From contig OY843751.1 of NCBI GenBank assembly GCA_963693055.1, forward strand, positions 2,496,001 through 2,560,000: 64,000 bases of DNA. The letters are read 5' to 3'. Each line of letters starts with the position of its first letter. Positions within the stretch are counted from its first letter, which is position 1. The notes under the pieces are model-generated. The model saw only the letters and a program-made list of their open reading frames with translations, did no database searches and was not told where the DNA came from. This document shows positions 1 to 8,435 of the stretch, piece by piece. This DNA is from a bacterium. Lineage in GTDB: Bacteria; Zhuqueibacterota; Zhuqueibacteria; Residuimicrobiales; Krinioviventaceae. The translations under genes and the position numbers were made by a program.

Positions 1-2
1 AC

Positions 3-473
3 CATTGTTTAAAAACCGCCTTTTCCAATTCCGTTGTCTGGTTTTATCAGGAATTGAGTAGACGTATTGGTCGTAAACGCATGCAGCAATATGTAAAATT
101 GTCAGATTATGGTAACCATGAAATAAACGGAGCATTAGATAGTTTTTGGCTTGATGGACAATTGCGAATAACTCCGCTTGAGCAAATTGAATTTCTAAAA
201 CGGCTCTATTTTGAGCAATTACCTTTTTCCAAAAGAAATTTAGAAATTGTTAAAAGAATCAGTATTGTTGAACAAACCAATTCTTATACATTGCATGCCA
301 AGGCGGGGTGGGCAACCAGTGTGTTTCCAAATGTTGGCTGGTGGGTGGGATATCTGGAGCAAGATAATAATGTATATTTTTTTGCTACAGAAATAGATAT
401 ACTCGATCCACCGGATAGGGATAAAAGAGAAAAAATAACCCGGGAAATTTTAAAATCTATGAATCTTTTTTAA
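3..473 (+). CDS. class D (OXA-like) beta-lactamase / transpeptidase-domain protein, 5' truncated by the window edge
   Basis: Frame open from position 3: SVVWFYQE (SxV motif), YGN, SFWLDGQLRITPLEQ, K-A-G-W (KTG-like), GWWVGY. Confidence 0.8.
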   Translation, partial: HCLKTAFSNSVVWFYQELSRRIGRKRMQQYVKLSDYGNHEINGALDSFWLDGQLRITPLEQIEFLKRLYFEQLPFSKRNLEIVKRISIVEQTNSYTLHAKAGWATSVFPNVGWWVGYLEQDNNVYFFATEIDILDPPDRDKREKITREILKSMNLF

Positions 474-520
474 TAGATTTATGTTTAATAATATATACTT
501 TATACATAGGGGAGTTTATC

Positions 521-967
521 ATGTGCCGTTTTTTAATCTGCAGTATTGTCATTTCTTTGTTTTTCATTTCCTGTTCAGACAATGTTACCGATAAAGAAGA
601 GGTGGGTGTTGATTTTGAATATCTGGGTATGCAAAATTCCGGGTGTCTCAAGCATGGATTGGAAAAGACAAACTCTGATCAAGTCTTTTTAAAAGATTGG
701 TTTTATTCTCAAGGAGTTCTTGATCTATCAATTTACCATCTAGCCAATTGTTGTACGGATTTTCGTGATAGTGTTAATGTTAAGTCGAATACAATCGAAT
801 TGTATTTACAAGATGTTCACCCAAATTGTCGCTGTATATGTGATTATACTACAGATTACTCGTTCCGGTTACCTGCGCCATCTGTATATAAAATTGAATT
901 TTATTACAAAGGTTATCTGGCAGAAACCTATACCTGCACATTAGATACTATAATTCATGTTCAGTAA
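521..967 (+). CDS. Cys-rich putative lipoprotein (paralog 1 of 3)
   Basis: Lipobox-like FISC; YLGMQNSGCL, ANCC and CRCIC shared with next two ORFs; GGAG upstream. Confidence 0.7.
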   Translation: MCRFLICSIVISLFFISCSDNVTDKEEVGVDFEYLGMQNSGCLKHGLEKTNSDQVFLKDWFYSQGVLDLSIYHLANCCTDFRDSVNVKSNTIELYLQDVHPNCRCICDYTTDYSFRLPAPSVYKIEFYYKGYLAETYTCTLDTIIHVQ

Positions 968-1006
968 GGTAAACCATTTTTAACTACTAGTTAATTGGGA
1001 TATAAT

Positions 1007-1453
1007 ATGTTAAGATCATATTTCTTCATGGCAGGCTTGACACTGCTCTTGTTTACAGAGTGTTCCAATATTGTGGATGATAATGAAACCCAAAAGTCTG
1101 TTGAATATTTGGGGATGCAGAATTCCGGATGCCTGCCAAATAGGCTTAATAAAACTGCTTTTAATGAGCCCTGTGTCTACGAATGGGATTATTTAAATGG
1201 TATTTTAAATCTCGGTATTTATCATTCTTCCAATTGCTGTCCAGATTTCCATGACAGTGTTGCTGTGAATGGCCGGCAGATTGAAATGTATTTAAGAGAT
1301 GATCTTGGGAATTGTTTGTGTATCTGCGAATATCATACGGATTATTCTTTTCAACTGACAGATTTGGGAGAGTATCGCATTTTGTTTTATTTTAAAAATA
1401 AAGCACAGCCTCATTATACTGCTTTAATTGATACTTTATTACACGTTAATTAG
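1007..1453 (+). CDS. Cys-rich putative lipoprotein (paralog 2 of 3)
   Basis: FTEC, YLGMQNSGCL, SNCC, CLCIC, IDTL; start may be 995 or 1007. Confidence 0.7.
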   Translation: MLRSYFFMAGLTLLLFTECSNIVDDNETQKSVEYLGMQNSGCLPNRLNKTAFNEPCVYEWDYLNGILNLGIYHSSNCCPDFHDSVAVNGRQIEMYLRDDLGNCLCICEYHTDYSFQLTDLGEYRILFYFKNKAQPHYTALIDTLLHVN

Positions 1454-1481
1454 TTTTATTTTCAATTCAAAGGGTGTTGCC

Positions 1482-1931
1482 ATGTATAAAAAATTATTAT
1501 TTTTAGGCATAATGGGATTACTTTACTGGAGTTGTTCCGATATACTGGACAATGATAATGAAAAAAAGACAGTAACACAGTATCTGGGAATGCAGCATTC
1601 CGGATGTCTGAATGATGTTTTGAAAAAAACGACAAACCAGAAATTTTATCTTGGTGATTGGGATTATAATAAAGGTTTGCTTGTATTGGATATCAATTAC
1701 TATGCAAATTGTTGCTTAACATCATTTATTGATAGTGTGGATATGGATGAAAATGTCATTAATTTGTTTTTACGAGTGGAAGGCCAGGGTTGTTATTGTA
1801 CCTGCCCCTATACTATAGAGTATGCGTTTCAAAATACCAAATCTTTACCTTATAAAGTTTTGTTCCATTTGCAGGATCTTGGTAAAAAAGAATACACAAC
1901 CTTTATTGATACTTTGATATATGTGAAATAA
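1482..1931 (+). CDS. Cys-rich putative lipoprotein (paralog 3 of 3)
   Basis: MYKK...YWSC signal, YLGMQHSGCL, ANCC, CYCTC, IDTL; ATG at 1482 preferred to 1428. Confidence 0.7.
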   Translation: MYKKLLFLGIMGLLYWSCSDILDNDNEKKTVTQYLGMQHSGCLNDVLKKTTNQKFYLGDWDYNKGLLVLDINYYANCCLTSFIDSVDMDENVINLFLRVEGQGCYCTCPYTIEYAFQNTKSLPYKVLFHLQDLGKKEYTTFIDTLIYVK

Positions 1932-2569
1932 TGAAAACAAGTAAATTATATTTTATTTTTGCTTTACTCTTGCTGATTTGCATTCCTTCGTTTGCACTTG
2001 AACCTGTTTCGGGGAAGGATTTTTCAAACAAGGTACTTTTTGAATTAAATCATGTTAGACAGAATCCTCAGGATTATATTCAATATCTTGAAGCTGTGAA
2101 AAAAAAATACAAGGGCATGTTTGTGCAAAAAGATGGAATTCTTTTCAAAACGCAGGAAGGCATTCAAGCTGTTACTGAAGCTATCAAATTTTTGCAAGCT
2201 GCAAAGCCTTTGCCGCCGCTTTTACTTTCAAATGGATTGTCAAGAGCAGCATTAGATCATGTTATACAACAGGGGATGGTAGGGCAAACGGGTCATACGG
2301 GTAATGATGGACTTACACCTGATAAACGAATACAAAAGTATGGATCCTGGCTTTATACTATGGGTGAGAATATTTCTTATGGCAGCAAAACACCCCGTAA
2401 AGTTGTACTTGATTTAATTATTGATGATGGGGTACCAAACCGTGGCCATCGGGCAAATATTTTTAATCAGGATTTCAAATTAACTGGTATTGCCTATGGA
2501 CCGCATACCCGTTATGATACTATTTGTGTTATAACATTTGCCGGAGGATTTGTAGAAACCTCTAAATAA
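1931..2569 (+). CDS. CAP (SCP-like) domain secreted protein
   Basis: Signal peptide; ELNHVRQNP, AALDH, GHTG, GENISYG, DDGVPNRGHRANI. Confidence 0.85.
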   Translation: MKTSKLYFIFALLLLICIPSFALEPVSGKDFSNKVLFELNHVRQNPQDYIQYLEAVKKKYKGMFVQKDGILFKTQEGIQAVTEAIKFLQAAKPLPPLLLSNGLSRAALDHVIQQGMVGQTGHTGNDGLTPDKRIQKYGSWLYTMGENISYGSKTPRKVVLDLIIDDGVPNRGHRANIFNQDFKLTGIAYGPHTRYDTICVITFAGGFVETSK

Positions 2570-2598
2570 AAAAAGGCCGGTACGAAATGTCCGGCCTT
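2568..2598. terminator. intrinsic terminator hairpin, U-tract on minus strand
   Basis: aaaaaaggccgg-tacgaaatgt-ccggcctt. Confidence 0.65.
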
Positions 2599-2941
2599 AT
2601 CTATATAAAAATCATTGTCGGTGATATTGTTTGAATTCATCTCGCTAGCAACTTTGCGAATTCATTCAGGAAAAGGAGAAGGGAGTGCAGTATTTTTTAT
2701 TTTATCACCTAACTAACCAGCTTTCACATGTTATGTATGTCCACCGAACAATGATCAGGATTTTTTTATAACCTTTTTTTTATTTTCCTCCTGCTTTTAT
2801 TTTTATAACGCATTAAATGCAGTCTTGTTTCATAATTTTGTGTAAACTATTGTATAATTGGGAAATCGTGTTTTTAAATTCCGAATAATTAATTAATTGC
2901 GGTTTTATTCAAAAGCATTGCACAGGAATTGTTTTACATTT

Positions 2942-2985
2942 AAAAAAAGATCCATACAATGCAAGATCACAGTGTATGGATCTTT
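2942..2985 (-). terminator. intrinsic terminator after pseudogene
   Basis: aaaaaaagatccatac...gtatggatcttt inverted repeat; A-run on + gives U-run on -. Confidence 0.6.
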
Positions 2986-2987
2986 AT

Positions 2988-3382
2988 TTATTGTTCACTT
3001 GATAGCACAAGAGAGCTGTAAAGATTATTAAAGAATTCCCTGTGGTCAGGAGCAGTTATGGATACTGTGCTCTCTTTTGGATTTTCTTTCATATTTGTTT
3101 TTACGAGATTGGCATTGATGCGAATAATTGAGGAATTGTTGTTTTTTCAAGTTTGGCATTTTCTTTTTCAACTTTAGCCATGTTCTAATCGGGATATTGG
3201 AATTTAAATTTTGTAAGTTGAAACATTGCGCTGTTTTTTAAACCGATATTGTCTGACTCTAATGCTTAAAGTAATTTACTTACTGCCATCTCTACCCGAG
3301 GGTTGGGGGCCGGTTTGGGTTAAGCGTATAAAATGCCGGTAAACAGAATACACACCATTGAAAAAATTACAATTTTCTTCAT
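2988..3382 (-). pseudogene. degraded paralog of the secreted protein at 4408-4803
   Basis: Manual translation MKKIVIFSMVCILFTGILYA*...ALESDNIGLKNSAMFQLTKFKFQYPD*NMAKVEKE, then shifted frame IIRINANLV...EFFNNLY; matches SLKSDNAGVRNSALYQIAKIRAQYPDYDLSKVEKE...IVRVNANLV...EFFTDLY. Confidence 0.8.
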
Positions 3383-3537
3383 GATGCTTTCCTTTATATT
3401 GATAAAACAAATGATGCTGATGATGTTCTCATTATATTAGACGGATTAATTTAAAAAATGTTACATTCAATAAATATTGCAATGTTGCCTTTTTTTCTAA
3501 ATTAGTGTATATTAGAAAAATTTATGTGTGAGGTGTT

Positions 3538-4368
3538 TTGATGCGTTATTATAGCGGCCCTTTAATTGTACTAATTTTGTTTCTTTTTCTCAATATCTCT
3601 TGTCAAAAGTTGGATGTTTCTGCTACATTTGGTAAGGATGAGAATCCTAGTAATTTTATTGAAAGTTCTGTGTTATGGATACAACGCTCTGCTGAAGCAC
3701 GTGCATTGTATTATCAGACATTTGCTTTGGCAAAAATGCAGCTTGTTAACAGCCTTTCAACTTTTCACGGCAGCAAACCACCCGCTGTAATTGTTGATGT
3801 GGATGAAACTGTTCTTGACAATTCACCTTATGAAGCCATGTTGATAATTGATGATAAAGAGTATCCTAAATATTGGGATGATTGGATCGATTTAGCCGTA
3901 GCTAAACCTGTTCCCGGTGCTTTAGAATTTTTGTTATTTGCTGATTCAATGGGAGTAGATGTATTCTATATTACCAATAGAAATGAATCTCAAAAAAAAG
4001 GTACACTTTTAAATCTTATTCGTGTTGGCTTTCCTGATGCTGTGAGTGAACATCTTTTGGTAAAAACTGAAAGCAGCGATAAAACATCCCGTCGTCAAGT
4101 AGTTAGCCAGTCACATGAAATACTGTTGTTATGTGGAGATAATTTAGGTGATTTTGATCAGATTTTTCAGGAGAAATCTGTAACTGAACGTTCTGCAACA
4201 GTCGACAGTCTGAAACGCATGTTTGGAACTCGATTCATTATTTTACCGAATCCCATGTATGGAGATTGGATCGGTGCGGCTTATAACTATGATTATAGAA
4301 TTGAAAACAGCAAGAAAATTCAAATGAGGCAAAAGTTGCTGGATGTATATTCAAGGCCTATAAAATAA
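3538..4368 (+). CDS. 5'-nucleotidase / acid phosphatase lipoprotein, e(P4) family (HAD)
   Basis: Lipobox ISC; DVDETVLDNSPY, YITNR, GDNLGDF, LPNPMYGDW. Confidence 0.9.
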   Translation: MMRYYSGPLIVLILFLFLNISCQKLDVSATFGKDENPSNFIESSVLWIQRSAEARALYYQTFALAKMQLVNSLSTFHGSKPPAVIVDVDETVLDNSPYEAMLIIDDKEYPKYWDDWIDLAVAKPVPGALEFLLFADSMGVDVFYITNRNESQKKGTLLNLIRVGFPDAVSEHLLVKTESSDKTSRRQVVSQSHEILLLCGDNLGDFDQIFQEKSVTERSATVDSLKRMFGTRFIILPNPMYGDWIGAAYNYDYRIENSKKIQMRQKLLDVYSRPIK

Positions 4369-4399
4369 AAAAAGCCTGGTTTTTAAACCGGGCTTTTTT
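4367..4399. terminator. bidirectional intrinsic terminator
   Basis: aaaaaaagcctggtt-tttaaaccgggctttttt between convergent genes. Confidence 0.75.
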
Positions 4400-4407
4400 A
4401 TGATATT

Positions 4408-4803
4408 TTAAAAATCTTTATCGGGATAATAAATCGAATTATACAGATCAGTGAAAAATTCCTGAGGCTCAGCCGCTGCAAGATTTACCTGACTTTCTGC
4501 TACTTTGTCATTTAGAACAGTATCTACAAGATTAGCATTAACGCGTACAATAGCAGATTTGTCTTTTTGGGCTACTTTTTCAACTTCTTTTTCAACTTTG
4601 CTTAAATCATAATCCGGATATTGTGCCCTGATTTTAGCGATCTGATAGAGTGCACTGTTTCTTACGCCGGCATTGTCAGATTTTAGAGACATTAATAGAT
4701 TCTTTGCTGCAATATCTAATTGTGAACTCTTTGGGGCATCTTTTGCAAAAGATAAACCTGTTGCTAGCAATGTTACGATTAATACAATAAAAAGCTTTTT
4801 CAT
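4408..4803 (-). CDS. secreted hypothetical protein (helical, HEAT-like)
   Basis: MKK signal peptide, AGGAG RBS, SDNAGVRNSAL; decayed paralog nearby. Confidence 0.7.
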   Translation of the reverse strand: MKKLFIVLIVTLLATGLSFAKDAPKSSQLDIAAKNLLMSLKSDNAGVRNSALYQIAKIRAQYPDYDLSKVEKEVEKVAQKDKSAIVRVNANLVDTVLNDKVAESQVNLAAAEPQEFFTDLYNSIYYPDKDF

Positions 4804-5087
4804 GATGTTCTCCTATATGTTAGTTTTATTAATACATTTTGATGTTCTCTAACCGAATTAACGTACAACCATTGAAAAAGTTGCTATAATTTATGTAAAA
4901 CAATGTATCTGTAATTGAAAACAAGTATGTGTTTATTTTTGATTTGTACAATGTATTGATAAATATGGAATTACGATTGAATGAGTGGGGGGGAGATTTG
5001 ATTTTATTTTACAATTTACTTACATTTAATTTACCAAGGCAAGATAACAGAATGCTATTTGGGGTAAATGGATCGTGAACAATTTGT

Positions 5088-5119
5088 AAAGAATACCGGA
5101 TATTAATCCGGTATTCTTT
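5088..5119. terminator. intrinsic terminator hairpin
   Basis: aaagaataccggat-atta-atccggtattcttt. Confidence 0.65.
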
Positions 5120-5316
5120 TAGGCAGCACCAGTATTTTTACGAATTGTAGAAAGTTTGAAAATCTTATATAGTGGGCAAACGTGGACAAGGCCGGTCAAG
5201 AGAGGTACAAGGCCTAAAAGGCCCCACCAGTTTTGGTAAAAAATACCTAGAGTTAGAATGATTGTACCTAAAACCAATCTAAATATCCTGTCTGTTGTAC
5301 CAATATTTTTATTCAT
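5119..5316 (-). CDS. DUF2892 (YgaP-like) small membrane protein
   Basis: MNKNIGTTDRIFRLVLG...GLVPLLTG...CPLY. Confidence 0.85.
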   Translation of the reverse strand: MNKNIGTTDRIFRLVLGTIILTLGIFYQNWWGLLGLVPLLTGLVHVCPLYKIFKLSTIRKNTGAA

Positions 5317-5447
5317 GTCAACTCCTTTCCGAATTTATTAAAATAACACATGAAAAACTTAAATATTCCCTCAAAATATCACAGAGAAATCATACAGTAG
5401 CATATTACTTGTTTATGAAAGAATTGTGAAATTTTAATGAAAATAAC

Positions 5448-5476
5448 TTGACATTTTATCAAAGATTTGTTAATAT
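5448..5476 (+). promoter_or_regulatory. sigma70 promoter of the LacI/starch operon
   Basis: TTGACA (5448-5453), 17 bp, TGn-TAATAT (5471-5476). Confidence 0.75.
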
Positions 5477-5490
5477 TCACTAACGGAGGT

Positions 5491-5504
5491 TGGAAGCGCT
5501 TCCA
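5491..5504. promoter_or_regulatory. LacI-family operator
   Basis: Perfect palindrome TGGAAGCGCTTCCA with central CG, between promoter and LacI gene. Confidence 0.8.
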
Positions 5505-5530
5505 CTGTTATCATAAAACAGGAAGCTATA

Positions 5531-6595
5531 TTGTCTATAACAATTTATGATGTTGCCCGCAAGGCAGGTGTAGGCATTGCGACTGTTTCGCGTGCCTTTA
5601 ATGACAGTTCGTTAATTCGAGAGGAAACGAAAAAGCGGATTCTTGAAATAGCGGATGAATTAAATTATCAACCACATGGTTTGGCCCGTGGTTTAGCTCG
5701 CAAACAAACCCATACTATTGCTACAGTTGTTCCCTTCTTTTTTAATTATTTCTTTTTGAATTTGCTTAAAAACGTTCAATATTCACTGTCTAAAAAGAAT
5801 TATGACATGTTTTTATACAGTGTTGATAATCTTGAGCATAAAGAAAACATGTTTGACAAGGTTTTGTATGAAAGAAAATGTGATGGGGTAATGCTTTTTT
5901 CACTTACACTTGATGAAGAATATGCTGAGAAATTTATCAAATCTAATGTACCTGTTATTATTGTAGATAATTATCATTCAAGCCTTGACTCCATTACAAT
6001 CTCTAACAAGAGGGGTGCCAAAGATGCTGTTAATCATTTGATTAGCTTGGGGCACAAAAAAATTGCAATGATTAATGGAAACCTTTCCAGTTTTCCTGCC
6101 AAAGTTAGATTGGAAGGTTTTAAAGAAGCTTTAATGGAAAATAATATTATCAAGAATCCCCGTTACATTATAAATGCTGATCTGGATTTGGGTGAAGATG
6201 GATTTAATGAGATGGCCGGATATCGTGCTATGAAACAATTGGCATCTCTTGGAAAAAACCGACCTACAGCTATATTTATTTCGTCTGATATTCAGGCAAT
6301 TGGGGCCCTTCGTGCTGCTAAAGAAGAGGGAATTAGTGTACCTGATGACTGTGCTATTGTAGGATTTGATGATATTGATTTTGCAAAATATGTTGGCCTT
6401 TCTACTATGCGTCAACCTGTTCATACCATGGCTGAACTTGCCGTGAATCGACTTTTAAGAAGAATTGACAATAAAACCCGTGATAAATTTCAGGTAGAAC
6501 TTTCAGCTGAACTCATTATTCGCGAAAGTTGTGGTGCCCGAAATGTAACGACACACCTTGGTGATATTAGTAGCAACGATGCAATTTTCCTGTAA
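5531..6595 (+). CDS. LacI-family transcriptional regulator
   Basis: TIYDVARKAGVGIATVSRAFN HTH, hinge LARGL, VPDDCAIVGFDD, LIIRES. Confidence 0.95.
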   Translation: MSITIYDVARKAGVGIATVSRAFNDSSLIREETKKRILEIADELNYQPHGLARGLARKQTHTIATVVPFFFNYFFLNLLKNVQYSLSKKNYDMFLYSVDNLEHKENMFDKVLYERKCDGVMLFSLTLDEEYAEKFIKSNVPVIIVDNYHSSLDSITISNKRGAKDAVNHLISLGHKKIAMINGNLSSFPAKVRLEGFKEALMENNIIKNPRYIINADLDLGEDGFNEMAGYRAMKQLASLGKNRPTAIFISSDIQAIGALRAAKEEGISVPDDCAIVGFDDIDFAKYVGLSTMRQPVHTMAELAVNRLLRRIDNKTRDKFQVELSAELIIRESCGARNVTTHLGDISSNDAIFL

Positions 6596-6609
6596 ACTTG
6601 GATTGTTTT

Positions 6610-8418
6610 ATGAAAAAAAATCTAATTTTCATTGTATTATTTATGTCTGTATCACTTTTTGCTCAAACTCCTTCCATCAATTATAGTGTACCAGAATGGA
6701 GTAAAAACGTCATTTGGTATCAGATTTTCCCTGAACGTTTTTGCAATAGTGATCAAAGTAATGGTCCCTTTTTCCATGATATTTTTGGTTCCTGGCCGCA
6801 TGATACTACAAGTGCCTGGGGACTTTCAAACTGGACTGGTGATTGGTATGCTCTGGAAAGGTGGGAAACTGATGGACAGGGATTTTATCATCATGTTCAA
6901 AGACGCAGGTATGGCGGCGATTTGCAGGGGATTATCGATAAACTCGATTATTTACAGGAACTGGGTATAAATGCCATCTATCTAAATCCTGTGTTTGAAG
7001 CTCCATCTATGCACAAATATGATGCTTCTTCATATCATCACATTGATGATAATTTTGGCCCTGACCCCGAATACGATAGAAAACTCATTGCTACTGAAAT
7101 TCCCCATGATCCTGCAACCTGGAAAATGACATCTGCGGATTCACTGTTTTTTGAACTTGTTAAGCAAGTTCATAACCGGGATATGCGCATTATCATCGAT
7201 GGTGTTTGGAACCACGTTGGTATGACATTCTGGGCATTTAGAGATGTTGTTAAAAATCAGGAATCCTCTTTATATAAAGATTGGTTTATCATTAAAGCTT
7301 TTGATAATCCCGCAACACCCGAAAATGAATTCGATTACAAGGGCTGGTGGGACGTAAGAGAGCTTCCTGAGTTGATGGAAGATGAAAACGGATTTAATCC
7401 TGATTTTTGGCAATATGTTAAAAATTCAGTTTCAAAATGGATGGATCCCAATGGTGATGGAGATCCATCAGATGGCATTGATGGCTGGCGTTTGGATGTT
7501 GCTGCAGAGGTGGGTTTTCCTGTATGGCGCAGATTCAGAGACCATGTTCGTACCATTAATCCTGAAGCGTATTTGTCTGGAGAAATTTGGTTCGATGAGG
7601 GAATTGACAAGTGGCTGCAGGGTGATATTTATGACGCGGTTATGAATTATCGCTTTGCTCAAAGTTGTGTTCGTTTCTTTATGGATACGGAAAAGCCTTT
7701 TGCTTTTTCTCCATCTGAATTTGATGATGCATTGCTCGAAATGAGAAATACTTATCCTCACGATGCTCAATATGTATTACAGAACTTGATGGACAGTCAC
7801 GATACAGACCGTATGCCGTCTATGATTATCAATAACAACCGAAATTATGGTTCTGATCATCGTTTGGTAGATAATCCTGATTATGATGTACGTAAACCCA
7901 ACTCACTTGAACGAGATATCCAAAAGCTGATTGTACTTGTGCAAATGACATACATCGGCGCACCTATGGTTTATTATGGAGATGAAGCGGGAATGTGGGG
8001 TGCTTCTGATCCTGATGAGAGAAAACCCATGTTGTGGAAAGAGTTGAAATATGATGATGAAGCTACGCATCCTTTGGGTAAACCCCGCACTATTGATAAG
8101 AATGTTTTTGATCCCGAATTGTTTGCATACTATCAGAATCTGATCAAAACCCGTTTAAAATATGACGCATTGCGAACAGGTGAATATAAAACGCTGATCA
8201 AAGATGATGATAAAAATCTGTTTATATTTAGTCGTAAAGATTCTAAAGATGAATTTATTATTGTAATGAATAATTCTTTTGATGAGCAAACTGTAAAAAT
8301 TAAAGTCGCTGGTAATTCAGCAAAGGATATAATTACTGGTAAAACTGAGACAATCTTGAATAACGAGTTGTCACTGTTATTAGGTCCAAAACAAGGTATG
8401 CTTTTACATATTCATTAA
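6610..8418 (+). CDS. GH13 alpha-amylase family (neopullulanase/cyclomaltodextrinase-like), secreted
   Basis: WYQIFPERF, GGDLQGI, DGVWNH, DGWRLDVA, GEIW, DSHDTDR, YYGDEAG. Confidence 0.92.
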   Translation: MKKNLIFIVLFMSVSLFAQTPSINYSVPEWSKNVIWYQIFPERFCNSDQSNGPFFHDIFGSWPHDTTSAWGLSNWTGDWYALERWETDGQGFYHHVQRRRYGGDLQGIIDKLDYLQELGINAIYLNPVFEAPSMHKYDASSYHHIDDNFGPDPEYDRKLIATEIPHDPATWKMTSADSLFFELVKQVHNRDMRIIIDGVWNHVGMTFWAFRDVVKNQESSLYKDWFIIKAFDNPATPENEFDYKGWWDVRELPELMEDENGFNPDFWQYVKNSVSKWMDPNGDGDPSDGIDGWRLDVAAEVGFPVWRRFRDHVRTINPEAYLSGEIWFDEGIDKWLQGDIYDAVMNYRFAQSCVRFFMDTEKPFAFSPSEFDDALLEMRNTYPHDAQYVLQNLMDSHDTDRMPSMIINNNRNYGSDHRLVDNPDYDVRKPNSLERDIQKLIVLVQMTYIGAPMVYYGDEAGMWGASDPDERKPMLWKELKYDDEATHPLGKPRTIDKNVFDPELFAYYQNLIKTRLKYDALRTGEYKTLIKDDDKNLFIFSRKDSKDEFIIVMNNSFDEQTVKIKVAGNSAKDIITGKTETILNNELSLLLGPKQGMLLHIH

Positions 8419-8435
8419 GCCTTTGGAGTTTATTA

